Shown here: positions 11,366 through 24,295 of the stretch, one piece after another
How positions within the stretch are numbered: the stretch's first letter is position 1
Layout: every line of letters begins with the position of its first letter
DNA from: Octopus vulgaris
Lineage: Eukaryota
Assembly: GCA_951406725.2 (NCBI GenBank)
Contig: OX597819.1
Location: 55,614,001 to 55,678,000 of the forward strand
Direction of reading: 5' to 3'
Length of the DNA stretch: 64,000 bases
The notes under the pieces: generated by a model
What the model saw: the letters and a program-made list of their open reading frames with translations, nothing else
What the model was told of the DNA's origin: nothing
Database searches by the model: none
Translations under genes and position numbers: made by a program

Positions 11366-12272
11366 CTCTTTACTCTTGTTTACTCTTTTACTTATTTCAG
11401 TCATTTGACTGTGGCCATGCTGAAGTACCGCCTTTAGTCGAGTAAATCGACCCCAGGACTTATTCTTTGTAAGCCTAGTACTTATTCTATCGGTCTCTTT
11501 TGCTGAACCACTAAGTTACTGGGACGTAAACACACCAGCATCGGTTATCAAGCCATGTTTGGTGGACAAACAGACACACAAACACACACATATATATACA
11601 TATATATGACGGGCTTCTTTTCAGTTTCTGCCTACCAAATCCACTCACAAGGCTTTGGTCAGCCTGAGGCTATAGTAGAAGACACTTGCCCAAGGTGCGA
11701 TGCAGTGGGACTGAACCCGGAACCATGTGGTTGGTAAGCAAGTTACTTACCCCACGGCTAGTGGGGTAAGTACTAGGGTCGATTCTTTTGACTAAAAATT
11801 CTTCAAGGCTGTGTCCCATCACGACCACAGTCTAATAATTGAAACAAGTATAAGATAAAAGACAAAAGATATATATAATTATAGGCGCAGGAGTGGCTGT
11901 GTGGTAAGAAGCTTGCTTCCCAACCACATGGTTCTAGGTTCAATCCCACTGCATGGCACCTTGGGCAAATGTCTTTTACTATAGCCTTGGGCTGACCAAA
12001 ACCCTGTGAGTGGATTTGATAGACGGAAACTGAGAGAAGCCTGTCATATATGTGTATAAATGTTATGTATGTGTTTGTCCCCCCACCATCGCTTGACAAC
12101 CGATGTTGCTGTGTTTATGTCCCCGTAAGTTAGTGGTTCAGCAAAAAGAGACCGATAGAATAAGTACTAGTCTTATAAAGAATAAATTGTAGGGTCAATT
12201 TATTTGACTAAAGGTGGTGCTCCAGCATGGCCACAGACAAATGACTGAAAGAAGTAAATGTAAAAAAAAGTA

Positions 12273-12324
<52 letters not shown>

Positions 12325-12328
<4 letters not shown>

Positions 12329-12689
12329 TTGCTATTATGCAAAAGTGTCATAAGTCCAAAATGTTGCCATTTCTTTTTACATTAGCAACAGTTTCAGCTT
12401 AACAATAATACTTTGTTGGGTACATAGAATTTTAACTCCATGCATGTATGATATTTTCAGTCTTAGAAATATTTTTGGAGTTACTACAATATGTTGGAGT
12501 TACTACACTTTTGAAAAATGTTAAACTATTTTACTACACTTTGACAATTTTTGATAGCTTGGCATCTGAAGCAGCTGGAGATACGATAGTTTGACCAAAA
12601 GGACCGGCTATTGCAAGCAAAATTAAATATTGAAAAAAATGCATTTGTCCAAATTTGGACATATGACAGTTTAACATAATAGCAACAAT
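12325..12689. mobile_element. MITE with ~35-bp TIRs (superfamily unassigned)
   Basis: gttgctattatgcaaaagtgtcataagtccaaa versus tttggacatatgacagtttaacataatagcaac. Confidence 0.72.
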
Positions 12690-12742
12690 ACACACACACA
12701 TAGTTTTTCCAAATTTGTGTAAATGTGTATAGAATAATATAT

Positions 12743-13123
12743 CAGTTGAATAAAGTTAAAATATGGTCTGGTTTTCATGTTTTTTCAAGTTCAATTAGCA
12801 CTTACATATATTCATAGTAATCATCAGATTTCAAAAAGTATTTAACCATATTAAAAAAATTCATCTTGTTGGAGCCTTCTAAGAGGTATAAAAAAGGAAG
12901 AAGTCAGTAATTTAATTCAGTTGTCAAGTACTCAACTGTCAGCATTTTGAAATCTGATGATTACTATGAATGTATGAAAGTGCTAATTGAACTTTATGAA
13001 CATTACAAAATATTTTTTTAATGTTTAACACACTTCAACATTGTAAATTTTTTTTTTTAAATACAATAATAAAAACTAAAATACAATTATAAAACAAGAC
13101 CATGTTTTAACTTTATTCAACTG
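12743..13123. mobile_element. Foldback-type MITE with bipartite long inverted repeats
   Basis: Outer IR cagttgaataaagttaaaatatggtc / gaccatgttttaactttattcaactg; inner ~60-bp IR 12778-12837 / 12945-13003. Confidence 0.75.
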
Positions 13124-13712
13124 GGCACGTAAAAAGCACCATCCGATTCGTGGCCGTTGCCAGCTTCGTCTGGTCTCCGTGCCGGTGGCACATAAAAAGC
13201 ATCATCTGATCGTGGCCGTTTGCCAGCCTCGTCTGGCACCTGTGCTGGTGGCACGTAAAAAGCACCCACTACACTCACGGAGTGGTTGGCGTTAGGAAGG
13301 GCATCCAGCTGTAGAAACACTGCCAGATCAGACTGGGCCTGGTGCAGCCTTCTGGCTTCCCAGACCCCAGTTGAACCGTCCAACCCATGCTAGCATGGAA
13401 AGCAGACGTTAAACGATGATGATGATGATATATATATATATGTGTATATATGTGTGTGTGTGTGTATACATATATCATCATCATTGTTTAACACCAGGTT
13501 CCAATCTGATTTGGAAAGGTTTCTACAGCTGGTTGCTCTTCTTAACGCCAATCACTCTGAGAGTATAGTGGGTGCTTTTTACGTGCCACCGGCGTGGGGG
13601 CCAGTCAGGCGGTAATAACATCAACCACACTTGAATGGTGCCTTTTACGTGCCACTGGCATATATATATACTGGAGTAAGCACATAAATGTGAAACAAGG
13701 TAGAATAATATG

Positions 13713-13866
13713 CTTTATTTAAAAGCAGAAGAAATATAACAAAAGCTGTTACTCAGAGTTTCACATTCCTGTTTGTCGGACAGTTCTTGTTTTAACAAGA
13801 ACTGTCCAATGAATGGGAAATTCTGAGTAACAGGTTTTGTTATATTTCTGCTGCTTTTAAATAAAG
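13713..13866. repeat. Inverted repeat of a degenerate hammerhead-bearing segment (PLE pseudo-LTR-like)
   Basis: About 78-bp arms around tt at 13792-13793. Minus-strand arm reads ctgt ccgacaa ac-aggaat-gt GAAA ctctgag TA acag; plus arm has a deletion in stem II/GAAA. Confidence 0.7.
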
Positions 13867-14123
13867 TGTGTGTATATATATATATATATATACATATATG
13901 CATATCTTCAAAGCTGAGTATCTTATTTCTTGTCCGTCCTTTGAGTAGCTTTGATGAATGTACAAGAAACTCAGAGTAACACTGGAGTGAGGGTTCAACT
14001 TCAAATGAATGAATAAAACCTACAGCATGTATTGCATACTTTTCCTCTTGGTTCTAAACACACACACACACACATACATTTGCATATGCTTTTGGCATAG
14101 TAATTATTTTCTTTGTACTTTAG

Positions 14124-14318
14124 GCTCACTGAAGATACTTACACTAATTATGAAGTTGAAGAATTGTTAGATGGACTACTTCAAGTGATTAGAGGTGATA
14201 TGGAGTCAGAACTGATTAACATGGCTCATACCAACATATTGCTTTTGCGACAAATGTTTCAGCAATCGGAGAACTGGCATTTGAAATTGAAGGCTGATAT
14301 ATCTGAACTTGAGAATGT
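14124..14318 (+). CDS. LZTFL1: LZTFL1 exon B: (R)LTEDTYTNYEVEELLDGLLQVIRGDMESELINMAHTNILLLRQMFQQSENWHLKLKADISELEN(V)
   Basis: ctttag acceptor, gtaagt donor; 195 bp, phase 2 to 2. Contains the conserved ESELIN.A.TN.LLLRQ.F and DISELEN motifs. Confidence 0.96.
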
Positions 14319-14408
14319 GTAAGTATCATGATCACTTTCAACTATTTACTTTGTTATACAAATTTTATGATTATTTTTCCACAGCTTTACTCAAACGTTG
14401 GTGATGTA

Positions 14409-14963
14409 TAGGGTTGTCTGGAAAGTTTGTGCTGATTTTTAAAAGAAAGAAAATACTTGCCATTACATTTTTAATCACCCAAATGTGAACCATTTTGTTG
14501 CACAATGCATCTCCATCTTTCCTTTAACTTGAAAATACTCTCTTCCCAGAATTGAGGTGGTTTCATGGCAAAGAATTCATCAAGGTATCTTTTTACGTCG
14601 TCCAAGGAATTGAAATTTTTACCATTAAGTCTATTCTGCAGAGACCTGAATAAGTGGAAATCCGAAGGAGCAATATCTGGTGAATATGGAGGGTGGGGTA
14701 ACACATCCCAGCCGAGCTGCAGCAATTTTTGTCTGGTTCCCAAAGCATCAAGTGCTGAAAATGAACTTTCTTATCTTCCATTTTAAAAGGTTACAGAATT
14801 AACACAGGTTATAGGAACATAAATCTTCTTCCATGAAAAGATAGCTTAAACTGTGCTCTAAATGGAGGTGTAGTCAAATCCTATTTTACGGACTCAACCA
14901 TGTTCTAAAATAAGTTGAAAGGTAAGCTACTATAAATTGGCACAAACTTTCCGGACAACCCAA
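14409..14963 (-). mobile_element. Internally deleted mariner (DD34D-type) element
   Basis: About 30-bp TIRs (gggttgtctggaaagtttgtgc / gcacaaactttccggacaaccc) with TA flanks; N-terminal MEDKKVHFQHLML fused to C-terminal WDVLPHPPYSPDIAPSDFHLF...L.ERW. Confidence 0.92.
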
Positions 14964-15344
14964 TACTTTAGAAGATATAAACCTGGACAACTTTCATCAT
15001 GATCATCATGATCATCTTCATCATCCTTATGATGATGATCATGATCATCATTTAATGTTCATTTTGTATGCTGGCATAAGTTGGATGGCTTGACAGAAGC
15101 TGACAAACTGGAGAGCTGCACCAGGTCCCAGTCACCTGTTTTGGCATGCTTTCTATAGCTGGATGCTCTTCTTAATGCCAACCACTTTACAGAGAGTGCT
15201 GTGTGCTTCTTATGTGACACTGGTATGGGTGCTTTCCAACATGGGTGCATTTTATGTGACACTGGCACAGGTACTTTTTGTGTGACACCAGCATAGCTGC
15301 ATTTTACGTGGTACCACCCCAAGTGCTCATTAACCTAAAACTTC

Positions 15345-15830
15345 TACAATATCCTCTACAACCTGTTCTGTAACATCTCGTCACATGCCTTTTCATGGTC
15401 TACAAAGCAAGCATACACCTCTTGACAATATTCCCTTGATTTCTCAAAGATTTGTAGAGTGAATATCTGGTTGGTTGCGCCGCATTTAGGATGGAAATCA
15501 CACTGTTTTGTTAGCAAGCTTGAGTTCGGCAATTTCCCTGCATCTTTTTCCCAGACACCTAGTATAAACTTTATCAAGGAGATTCCTCTTTAGTTAGAGC
15601 GCGCTCTCTCTTATTACCCTTCTTAAAAGTTGAGATTATCAATCTGGATTGTCTTTGCTTTGGTGTCTTTCCAGAGGTGCATGCCACCACGACACCATAC
15701 ACAAGTCAGCTAGGGAATACCTTCTCTATTTGAGGCTTTTAACATCTCAGACTGGATTTCATCTTCCCCTGCACCCTTTCCACACTGGGGCACTTTAATC
15801 ACACCACTGACTTCAGCCTCTGTGAGATTT
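15345..15830 (-). mobile_element. Decayed LINE RT fragment
   Basis: QC.F.P......QIFTL.IFEKSREY...VYACFVD.EKA.D; continues at ~17030-17150 beyond the Helitron. Confidence 0.75.
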
Positions 15831-15838
15831 TATATATA

Positions 15839-17011
15839 TCTCTTATTATAAAAGGCAGATTTTATCTGCCTCCCTTTGGGAGTTATACAAATCTACAATA
15901 TAGGATTTCTTCAATTACAATTTACCTAGCAGTTTTAAGAGTACAATGCATCGCGTCATGCCAGGTCCAGTTTTTAAAATTTAAACTCCAATTAAGCAAA
16001 ATTTACAGAAAACTCACATTCTGGTGTGTGTGTCAAATGCTTTTCTTAGTCTGGTTTACACCACACGCAAACGCACACACACAGTGGGCAACGAATAAAA
16101 TGAAAGTAAATGTAATATTTGTTTCTGTCTATCACGCTGATAGATACATGAGTAAAATGTATGGGAAGCTAACAGATAACAGTGAGTGAAAATGTTCTTG
16201 GAAGAGAGTAAATTAGCGACAGTGATTTGAGGAAGACTAAACTGAAACTATGAAACAGTGTTTATGTATAAACAGACGACACTTATATAAACCCTTTCGT
16301 TACCAAACCGCCCGAATTTACCTATTCATATTTAAATGAGAATATCAGAGTAAATCTCTTTAGTACATTCGTGAAAACACGTATTATACTTCGTAAACAC
16401 TTCAAATACAGTTTTGTACAAAAATCGAAGTGTAATTTTAATTCCATGAATTATGGGAGATTTTTTCCCGAAATTTGTTCCTATTGTGTTTTCAAAATTT
16501 GTAATTCTGACAAAAAATGGATACGAATTTCATTATATCAAGCAGCGAGTCAGAATTCGAAGGATTTTCTACTGAAGACCTTCATAAATCTAACTCTATG
16601 ACTGAAAAAAAAAAGCATCTTTATATAAGAGTGAAGTTGTGTGTCTGTCCCCTTCGATTTACATTCGTAATTACTCCCACATTTTGCGGTGCAGTTTAAC
16701 CAAAAGCGGGTATCTTATAGTCGTGATTCATATCGAGCCCTTCTGGGTATTAGCGCGCGTCTACGATGAGTCTACGATTTAAAAAAAATTTACCATCATA
16801 TTTTTCCATTTTAATGCATTTTTTTCGCTTTTATATAAGGGAAGTAACTCTTTAAAAATATCTACGATGTGTCAACGATTTAAAAAAAATTTACCTTAAT
16901 TTTTTTCAATTTTTAATGCATTTTTTTTGCTATTTTTTGGCTATAACTCTCTAAAAATGCTTATATAGTTATTTCCCTTACAACCCGAGCAACGCCGGGC
17001 GATACTGCTAG
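15839..17011 (+). mobile_element. Composite non-autonomous Helitron
   Basis: a|TCtcttattataaaa 5' end; cccgagcaacgccgggcgatactgCTAG|t 3' end; a second 5'-end-like start at ~16618; splits an RTE remnant. Confidence 0.8.
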
Positions 17012-18431
17012 TGTATATATAAATACACACACTTAAGTGTTGAGTATGTTCCTAGTAGGAAGCTGATGAAATATGTACACTGCCTATATCTGCCAGATGT
17101 CATCTACAGTGTTAATCCAATTATTGCTGGATCTACATTGGGAGTTCCTCAGTGTGTGTTGAGTATATAACAAATGATAGAGACAGAAAATGCAACACAC
17201 AAGAAACTTTATTGCTCACAATGATTGTTTCAATGTGTTCTGCATGGAAACGATGATTGTGAACAATAAAGCCTCTCATATGTTCCATTTCCCATCTCTA
17301 TCATTTATTATATATTTAAAAAATAAATATGCATGTTCTTCATCTTTGAGAAGAGATTCTATCTCTTTTAATGACAAATTCACCACCTGGAGCAAAACAT
17401 GTATATATGTATAGATATATATTTGTGTGTGTGTCTGTTTTAATACAGAATTATCAATTTACTAGAATGCCAACTGACCAAAGATGGAGTGAATATGCGA
17501 GCAATATATACTCAAAAATACATGCTGATTAAAGCAGGACCCAAAAATCCACATGCAACACAAAGCCGTATGCAAATTAGAACTATTATTTGTACAAATT
17601 GACAAAATACAAATGCATTTGCAAAAGTCACCAAACTCAGTTCGATACCTAGTCAGAATTGAATTAGAGCAATATAACGGCGTCCTTGTCTTAATATCCT
17701 TTTCTACTCTAGGCACAAGGCCGGAAATTTTGGGGGAGGTGGCCAGTCAATTAAATTGACCCCAGTACACAACTGAGACAATTTATCAACCCTGAAAGGA
17801 TGAAAGGCAAAGTTGTCTTTGGTGGAATTTGAACTCACAACGTAAAGACAGACGAAATACTGCTAAGCATTTCACCTGGCATGCTAACGTTTCTGCCTGC
17901 TTGCTGCCTTATCCTTGTCTTAATAGCATGTGATGTTTGTCACTGTCTTACAAATAATGTAAAGTGCTTTGTTGTTTGGTGTGACAATTTCCTTGAATAC
18001 AGCTTTGTTAGATGATAAAGAGGAGAGTCTTAATGAGGTGTTCTTGACAAGGTTTTTGGGGGTGGTTGGAGTGTCTGCATGCTTTTTAGTTGAGTAGCAT
18101 ATTTATTTTGTTTTTACTAAGACAAGGTTAACACTTAATTCTGTGTCTGTGTGTGCCTGTGTTCCATCGTTTGACAACTAGTGTTGATTTGTTTCTGTTG
18201 CTGTAACTTAGTAGTTCAGCAAAAAGAGACCAATATGTGGTAGCTACCTGATCTTGGAATATAAACCAAGATCAATCTGATCGATTAAGTTCTTCAGAAC
18301 TGTGCCCCAGTATGGCTGTTGGACAATGGCTGACGGAAGTGAAGCCTAAAAACAAGTAGTACTAAGTTGAATTGAAATAAAGCATAATTTGTTTGGTATT
18401 GTTGCTATCTAATTGTTTTTTTCTTTTCTAG

Positions 18432-18555
18432 AGAACTTTTAGAAAAAATTAAATTATTTGAAGAACAAGAATTTTCAAGCAAAAAGAAAGACTCTCCTGT
18501 TAGAGTAAAACTGATGCCAATGAATGAGTCTGGTGGTTCTGATTTACTTCAGATG
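18432..18555 (+). CDS. LZTFL1: LZTFL1 exon C: ELLEKIKLFEEQEFSSKKKDSPVRVKLMPMNESGGSDLLQM
   Basis: Long T tract + ttctag acceptor, gtatgt donor; 124 bp, phase 2 to 0. ELLE....FE and KL.P.NE.GG..LL match LZTFL1. Confidence 0.93.
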
Positions 18556-20707
18556 GTATGTGTATTTTAATTAGATTAAATGATGAAACAAAATTGTTTG
18601 TAGACATTTATACATATTTATTCCTTCTAGAATATCAAACATTGTGCTGACTATAGCTATATAATGACAATGATGTTAATAATTTGGGATCCTATCACAA
18701 TATATTAATATCTGTATTGATAAAAGACTTGGAATTATTAGAGCTGGCAGAATTGTTAGCACGTCAGGCAAAATGCTTGGTGGCATTTCGTTTGTCTTTA
18801 CGTTCAGAGTTCAAATCCCACCAAGGTCAACTTTGTCTTTCATTCTTTCAGGGTTGGTAAAATAAGTTCCAGTTGAGCACTGGGGTCAATAATTGACTAG
18901 CCCCCTCCCCCGAAATAGCTGGTCTTGTGCCCAAAATTGAACCATTATGAAATTAAATTAATCACATACAGGCGCAGGAGTGGCTGTGTGGTAAGTAGCT
19001 TGCTTACCAACCACATGGTTCCAGGTTCATTCCCACTGCGTGGCACCTTGGGCAAGTGTCTTCTACTGTAGCCCCGAGCTAACCAAAGCTTTGGGAGTGG
19101 ATTTGGTAGATGGAAACTGAAAGAAGCCTGTCGTATATATGTATATATATATATGTGTGTCTGTGTTTGTCCCCCACCAACATTGCTTGACAACTGATGC
19201 TGGTGTGTTTATGTCCCATAACTTAGCGGTTCGACAAAAGGGTCCATTAAAATAAGTACTAGGCTTACAAAGAATAAGTCCTGGGGTTGATTTGCTCGAC
19301 TAAAGGCGGTGCTCCAGCATGGCCACAGTCAAATGATTGAAACAAATAAAAGAGTAAACATATTTTATATTGATAAGTTCAGAATGAGACGATTAGGTGC
19401 CACTGTTTGGATGTTAATGATCTGACATGGCTGCCTTGACAATCAACCTGTTTTGGTGATTGTACTTTTCGGCACTGGAGGCAAATGCACATACCCAAGC
19501 ACATGCATGCAGAGAAATATACGCATGCAGATAGGAAGGATAAGAAAGAGGGGAGAGAGACATTACAAGTTAGTTACTGAACACAGCTGACAGAAACATG
19601 TTTCCTCTCTTCGTACACATAAAGCTGATGACATGTAAAAAGGACCCATTACACTCTTGGAGGGGTTGGCATTAGGAAGGGCATCCAGCCATAGAAACCG
19701 TGCCAAATCAGATTGGAACCTAGTGTAGCCCTACAGCATACCACTTTCACAGTGAAATTATCTAACCCATGCCAACATGGAAAGCAGATGCTAAATGATG
19801 ATGATGATGATGATAATGAAAGAGAAATATACTTACACACACAAACAGAGAGGGAGAGAGAAACATTAAACAAATAAGAGAAACATTAAATATTTAAGGC
19901 GGCGAGCTGGCAGAAACATTAGCACGCTGGGCGAAATGCTTAGCGGTACTTCGTCTGCCGCTACGTTCTGAGTTCAAATTCTGCCAAGGTCAACTTTGCT
20001 TTTCATCCTTTCGGGGTCAATTAAATAAGTACCAGTTACGCTCTGCATCATCATCATCGATATAATCGACTTAATCCGTTTGTCTGTCCTTGCTTGTCCC
20101 CTCTGTGTGTAGCCCCTTGTGGGTAGTAAAGAAATATAAAACATTAAACAAGTAAAACATTAAAACTTCTGATTTCAAATAAGTTGGCATTGTATCAGTG
20201 GTACCAACTAAGACAGCACCACAACTGTACCAGAACGTCTCATATCTTTATCAGTTATATTATTATTAGTTAGCTCTTAGGTGGTGAGCTGGCAGAACCA
20301 TTAGTGCATTAGGCAAAATGTTGAGCAGCATTGCTTCTGCCTCTTTACATCCTGAGCTCCAATCCCACCAATGTCAACTTTGCCTGCCTTTCATCCTTTG
20401 GCGGTCAATAAAATAAATACCAGTCAAGTACTAGGGTCAACTCCTTTCCCTTAAAGCTGTTGCTATGTGCCAAAGCCAGAAAGTATTATTATGTGCAATT
20501 TGATGGTTGCTTTTTCTCAAACACTTTTGCAGTGTATTCTGCTGTTTATTTAATTGCTTACGCACATTTTGTGATTTTATATTAAATTTGATTGCAAAGA
20601 GAATAAATACAGTAACAAAACATATGATCATTATTACTAGTCAGTATTCTTGAATTCAGTCACTGATATTTCATTGATAACTCAGTATTTAATTCATATA
20701 TTTTCAG

Positions 20708-20773
20708 CGTATTACTGAATTAGAAGAAGAAAATGCTCGACTTAAACAAAAACTATCACGCCTTGAAGGTCAG
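20708..20773 (+). CDS. LZTFL1: LZTFL1 exon D: RITELEEENARLKQKLSRLEGQ
   Basis: ttttcag acceptor, gtaaat donor; 66 bp, phase 0/0; coiled-coil L.EEN..LK..L pattern. Confidence 0.92.
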
Positions 20774-22422
20774 GTAAATAGCTGGGTTTTTTTTTGTTTC
20801 TTAAATGTCTGACAGATTTTCTCCTGAAACATAATGAACATTGGGCCATATTACTTTGTTGAAATTATATTATCATATTGCCGGTGGCACGTAAAAAGCA
20901 CCATCCGAACGTGGCCAATGCCAGCACCGCCTTGACTGGCTTCCGTGCCGGTGGCACGTTAAAAGCACCAACCAATTGTGGCCGCTGCCAGACTCCCCTG
21001 GCACCTATGCCAGTGGCACCTATGCCAGTGGCACGTAAAAAGCACCCACTACACTCGCGGAGTGGTTGGCGTTTGGAAGGGCATTCCAGCTGTAGAAACA
21101 CTGCCAGATCAGACTGGAGCCTGGTGCAGCCCCTGGCTTCCCAGACCCCGGTCGAACCGTCCAACCCGTGCTAGCGATGATGATGATGATGATGATGATT
21201 AATATGTTAGAAAGGGCATCCAGCCATTGAAACTGTGCCAAAGCTGACTTTGGAACTTGACACAGCACTGAGGTTTGCTGAATTCTGTCAGACCATCCAA
21301 CCCATGTCAGCTTGGAAAATTGATGTTAAATGACAATGACAGCAACAGCTGCTGCTACTACTGCTATTAAAAAGAAAATGGACCTCTGTTGGTTTTGATG
21401 GGGAGGTTTCAGTTGTTTGAGTGACTGAAATCCAGGAGACCTCAAATTAGTATGTAAGTGGCTGAGTATTCCACAGACATGTGCACCTTTAACATAATCC
21501 TCTGTCAAAATCAGTGTGTAAAAGTGTGAGTGACCAGGTTGTACCTTCGAATTATTTGTACAATTCACTAATGGGCTTCTGTATTCACAAGGCTTTAGTT
21601 GACTTGAGGCAATGGTTAAAAGATACTTGCACAATATGCCACACTGTGAAATTGAACCTGGGACCCTGTGATTGTGAATGGACCTCCTTAATCATCAGCT
21701 GTGTTGCATCCATACTTAAATAAATGTTTAAAATTTTAGCAAACCCCAGAATGTTTAGAGATATATTCATTGCTTAAGGATGGGAAAAACTATTATATTA
21801 AATGCTTTTAGTTCTATGGTTGTGAGCCTGTGTTAACCTGTGAAATGAAGTCTGTGGTAACAAACCCTGCTATGTTCATTAAGTTTGAGATTAATATTGG
21901 TTTTCCCAACTAAAAATAAATACAGGTACAACCCCAAGTTTTGGGACACGATGGTCTGGAACCTCTTGTAGCCCACACTAATTTATACTAATGTACAGGT
22001 GCCTGTATTTCATTTAAGTCATCATCATCATCGTTGTCATCATTTAATGTCCATTTTCCATGCTGGCATGGGTTGGCTGGTTTGACTGGAGCTGACAAAC
22101 CAGAGGACTGCACCACATTCCATTCTCAGTTTTGGCATGGTTTCTACAGCTGGATGCCCTTCTTAACACCAACCACTTTACAGTGTGTTGATTGTTTTGT
22201 ACATGGCACTGGCACCAGGAGAGTCACCAAGTAACTTGCAATCCAAAGATCTCTCCTCCTCCACAACTGGGAGGGAGAGTAGTATTGAGAGAGGTGGCTT
22301 TGTGCCAGTCGAGAGGTTAAAGTATAATAATGGGATAGAAATAGGTGCCTTGCTTTAGAGGAGGTACTTGGCTACCCCAGATAGAAAAGAAAGAGAAAAA
22401 AATAGAGATAATTAATTTAGAG

Positions 22423-23046
22423 CAGGGATTCTCAACCATTTTTTTTTTATCTATGGTCCCCTTCGACCCCCATTTCCATTCATCGTTTAAAAACTAGTTT
22501 TATAGAAATTTCTCTCAAAATTCCTATTTTGTTTTTCACACATTAATTGTGTAGGTTGAGCTATGTAAAATGTTAGAGGAAAAAACCTAGCTGTTTCTTG
22601 CAGTACATACCAATTTTTATTTATTTATGCGCCCTTTTCAAGCCTAGCTAGGCTCATGGGCCCGGTTTCTGTGGCGTATGTGTTACGGGATGCCAGTCCA
22701 TTGCAGCATTACTTATCAAACAGGACGAAAGAGTGAGAGAAAGTTGGGGCGAGAGAGTACAACAGGGGTCACCACCACCCCCTGCCGTAGCCTCGTGGAG
22801 CTTTTAGGTGTTTTTGCCCAATAAACACACACAATGCCTGGTCTGGGAATCAAAACCGCAGTCTTCTGATCGCGATTCTGCTGCCCTAACCACTGGCCAT
22901 TGCGCCTCCACACATACCAATACATAGATAGATCTAAAGTAAAATTTTTTCAGGGGTACTTAATATACTATTGTGAATCCCCAATTTAATATTTTGTTGT
23001 GTGGACTCCCCCAAAATTTTATATGGACCCCAATTGAGAACCACTG
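22423..23046. mobile_element. hAT (Charlie-like) MITE with a nested SINE
   Basis: TIRs cagggattctcaa / ttgagaaccactg; 8-bp TSD atttagag / atttagaa; tRNA-SINE at ~22615-22911 flanked by acataccaat repeats. Confidence 0.82.
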
Positions 23047-24295
23047 ATTTAGAATGTTGACCAAAATGACCACCCTTGGTTCAAGAAAATCATTAATCTA
23101 GAAAAGCTTTGGAATCAAAGGTTCAAGAAAATCGATTTTGTACCCATGTCACTCTCAATTAATGGTTGCTCCATCAATTCATGTACAAATATTTATTGTG
23201 GGTCAGACAGGCATTATAAAAACTGGATTATGTCCATTGCCTGAAGAGACACTATGATAGTATTATTTTTTAATGCAGATATAGGCACAGGAGTGGCTGT
23301 GTGCTAAGTAGCTTGCTTACCAACCATATGGTTCCGGGTTCAGTCCCACTGCGTGGCATCTTGGGCAAGTGTTTTCTAAATTTGCCTTGGGCCGACCAAA
23401 GCCTTGTGAGTGGATTTGGTGGACGGAAACTGAGAGAAGCCCACCGTATATATGTATGTGTGTGTGTGTATGTTTGTGTGTCTGTGTTTGTCCCACCAAC
23501 ATCACTTGACAACCAATGCTGGTGTGTTTACGTCCCTGTAACTTAGCGGTTCAGCAAAAGAGACTGATAGAATAAGTACTAGGCTTACAAAGAATAAGTC
23601 CTGGGGGTCAATATGCTCGACTAAAGGCGGTGCACCAGCATGGCCACAGTCAAATAACTGAAACAAGTAATATATTTTCTTAAATATGCTTATTTTCATG
23701 CCTAGCCATGTGTTTATGTAGATGTACTTAGTGATTCTTTTTCAGTATTTTGGCAAGTATGGTGAAGGATAAGGCTATACTTTGTTGATGAAGTTTAATA
23801 AAATTGAAACATATTTCTAGTTGTTCCTGTACTAGTCAGAATAATTAAAATAATATTTGTTTGTTTCTTTATTTCTTTATTGCCCACAAGGGGCTAAACA
23901 TAGAGGGGACAAACAAGGACAGACAAAGGGATTAAGTCAATTACATTGACCCCAGTGCATAACTGGTACTTATTTAATCGACCCTGAAAAGATGAAAGGC
24001 AATTTTGACCTCGGCAGAATTTGAACTCAGAACATAGAGACAGTCAAAATACTGCTAAATATTTCGCCTGGTGTGCTAATGTTTCTGCCAACAGGAATGG
24101 TTATGTAGTTAGGAAGCTTGCTTTCCAATCATGTAGTTTCAGGTTCAGCCCCAATGCATGTCACTTAGGGCAAGTGTCTTCTATTGTAGCTCCAGGCCCA
24201 GCAAAGTCTTGTAAATCATCATCATCATCATTGTCATCATATTCATTTAATGTCTGTTGTCCATGTTGGCATGGGTTGGACAGTATTACCAGAGC

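Larger units (their letters stand above)
7697..12230. repeat. ~600-bp inverted duplication: 7697-8292 is the reverse complement of 11616-12230
   Basis: Both carry the same composite of three SINE pieces, the same junctions, the hairpin tacttaccccac..gtggggtaagta and shared non-consensus variants. Confidence 0.9.
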
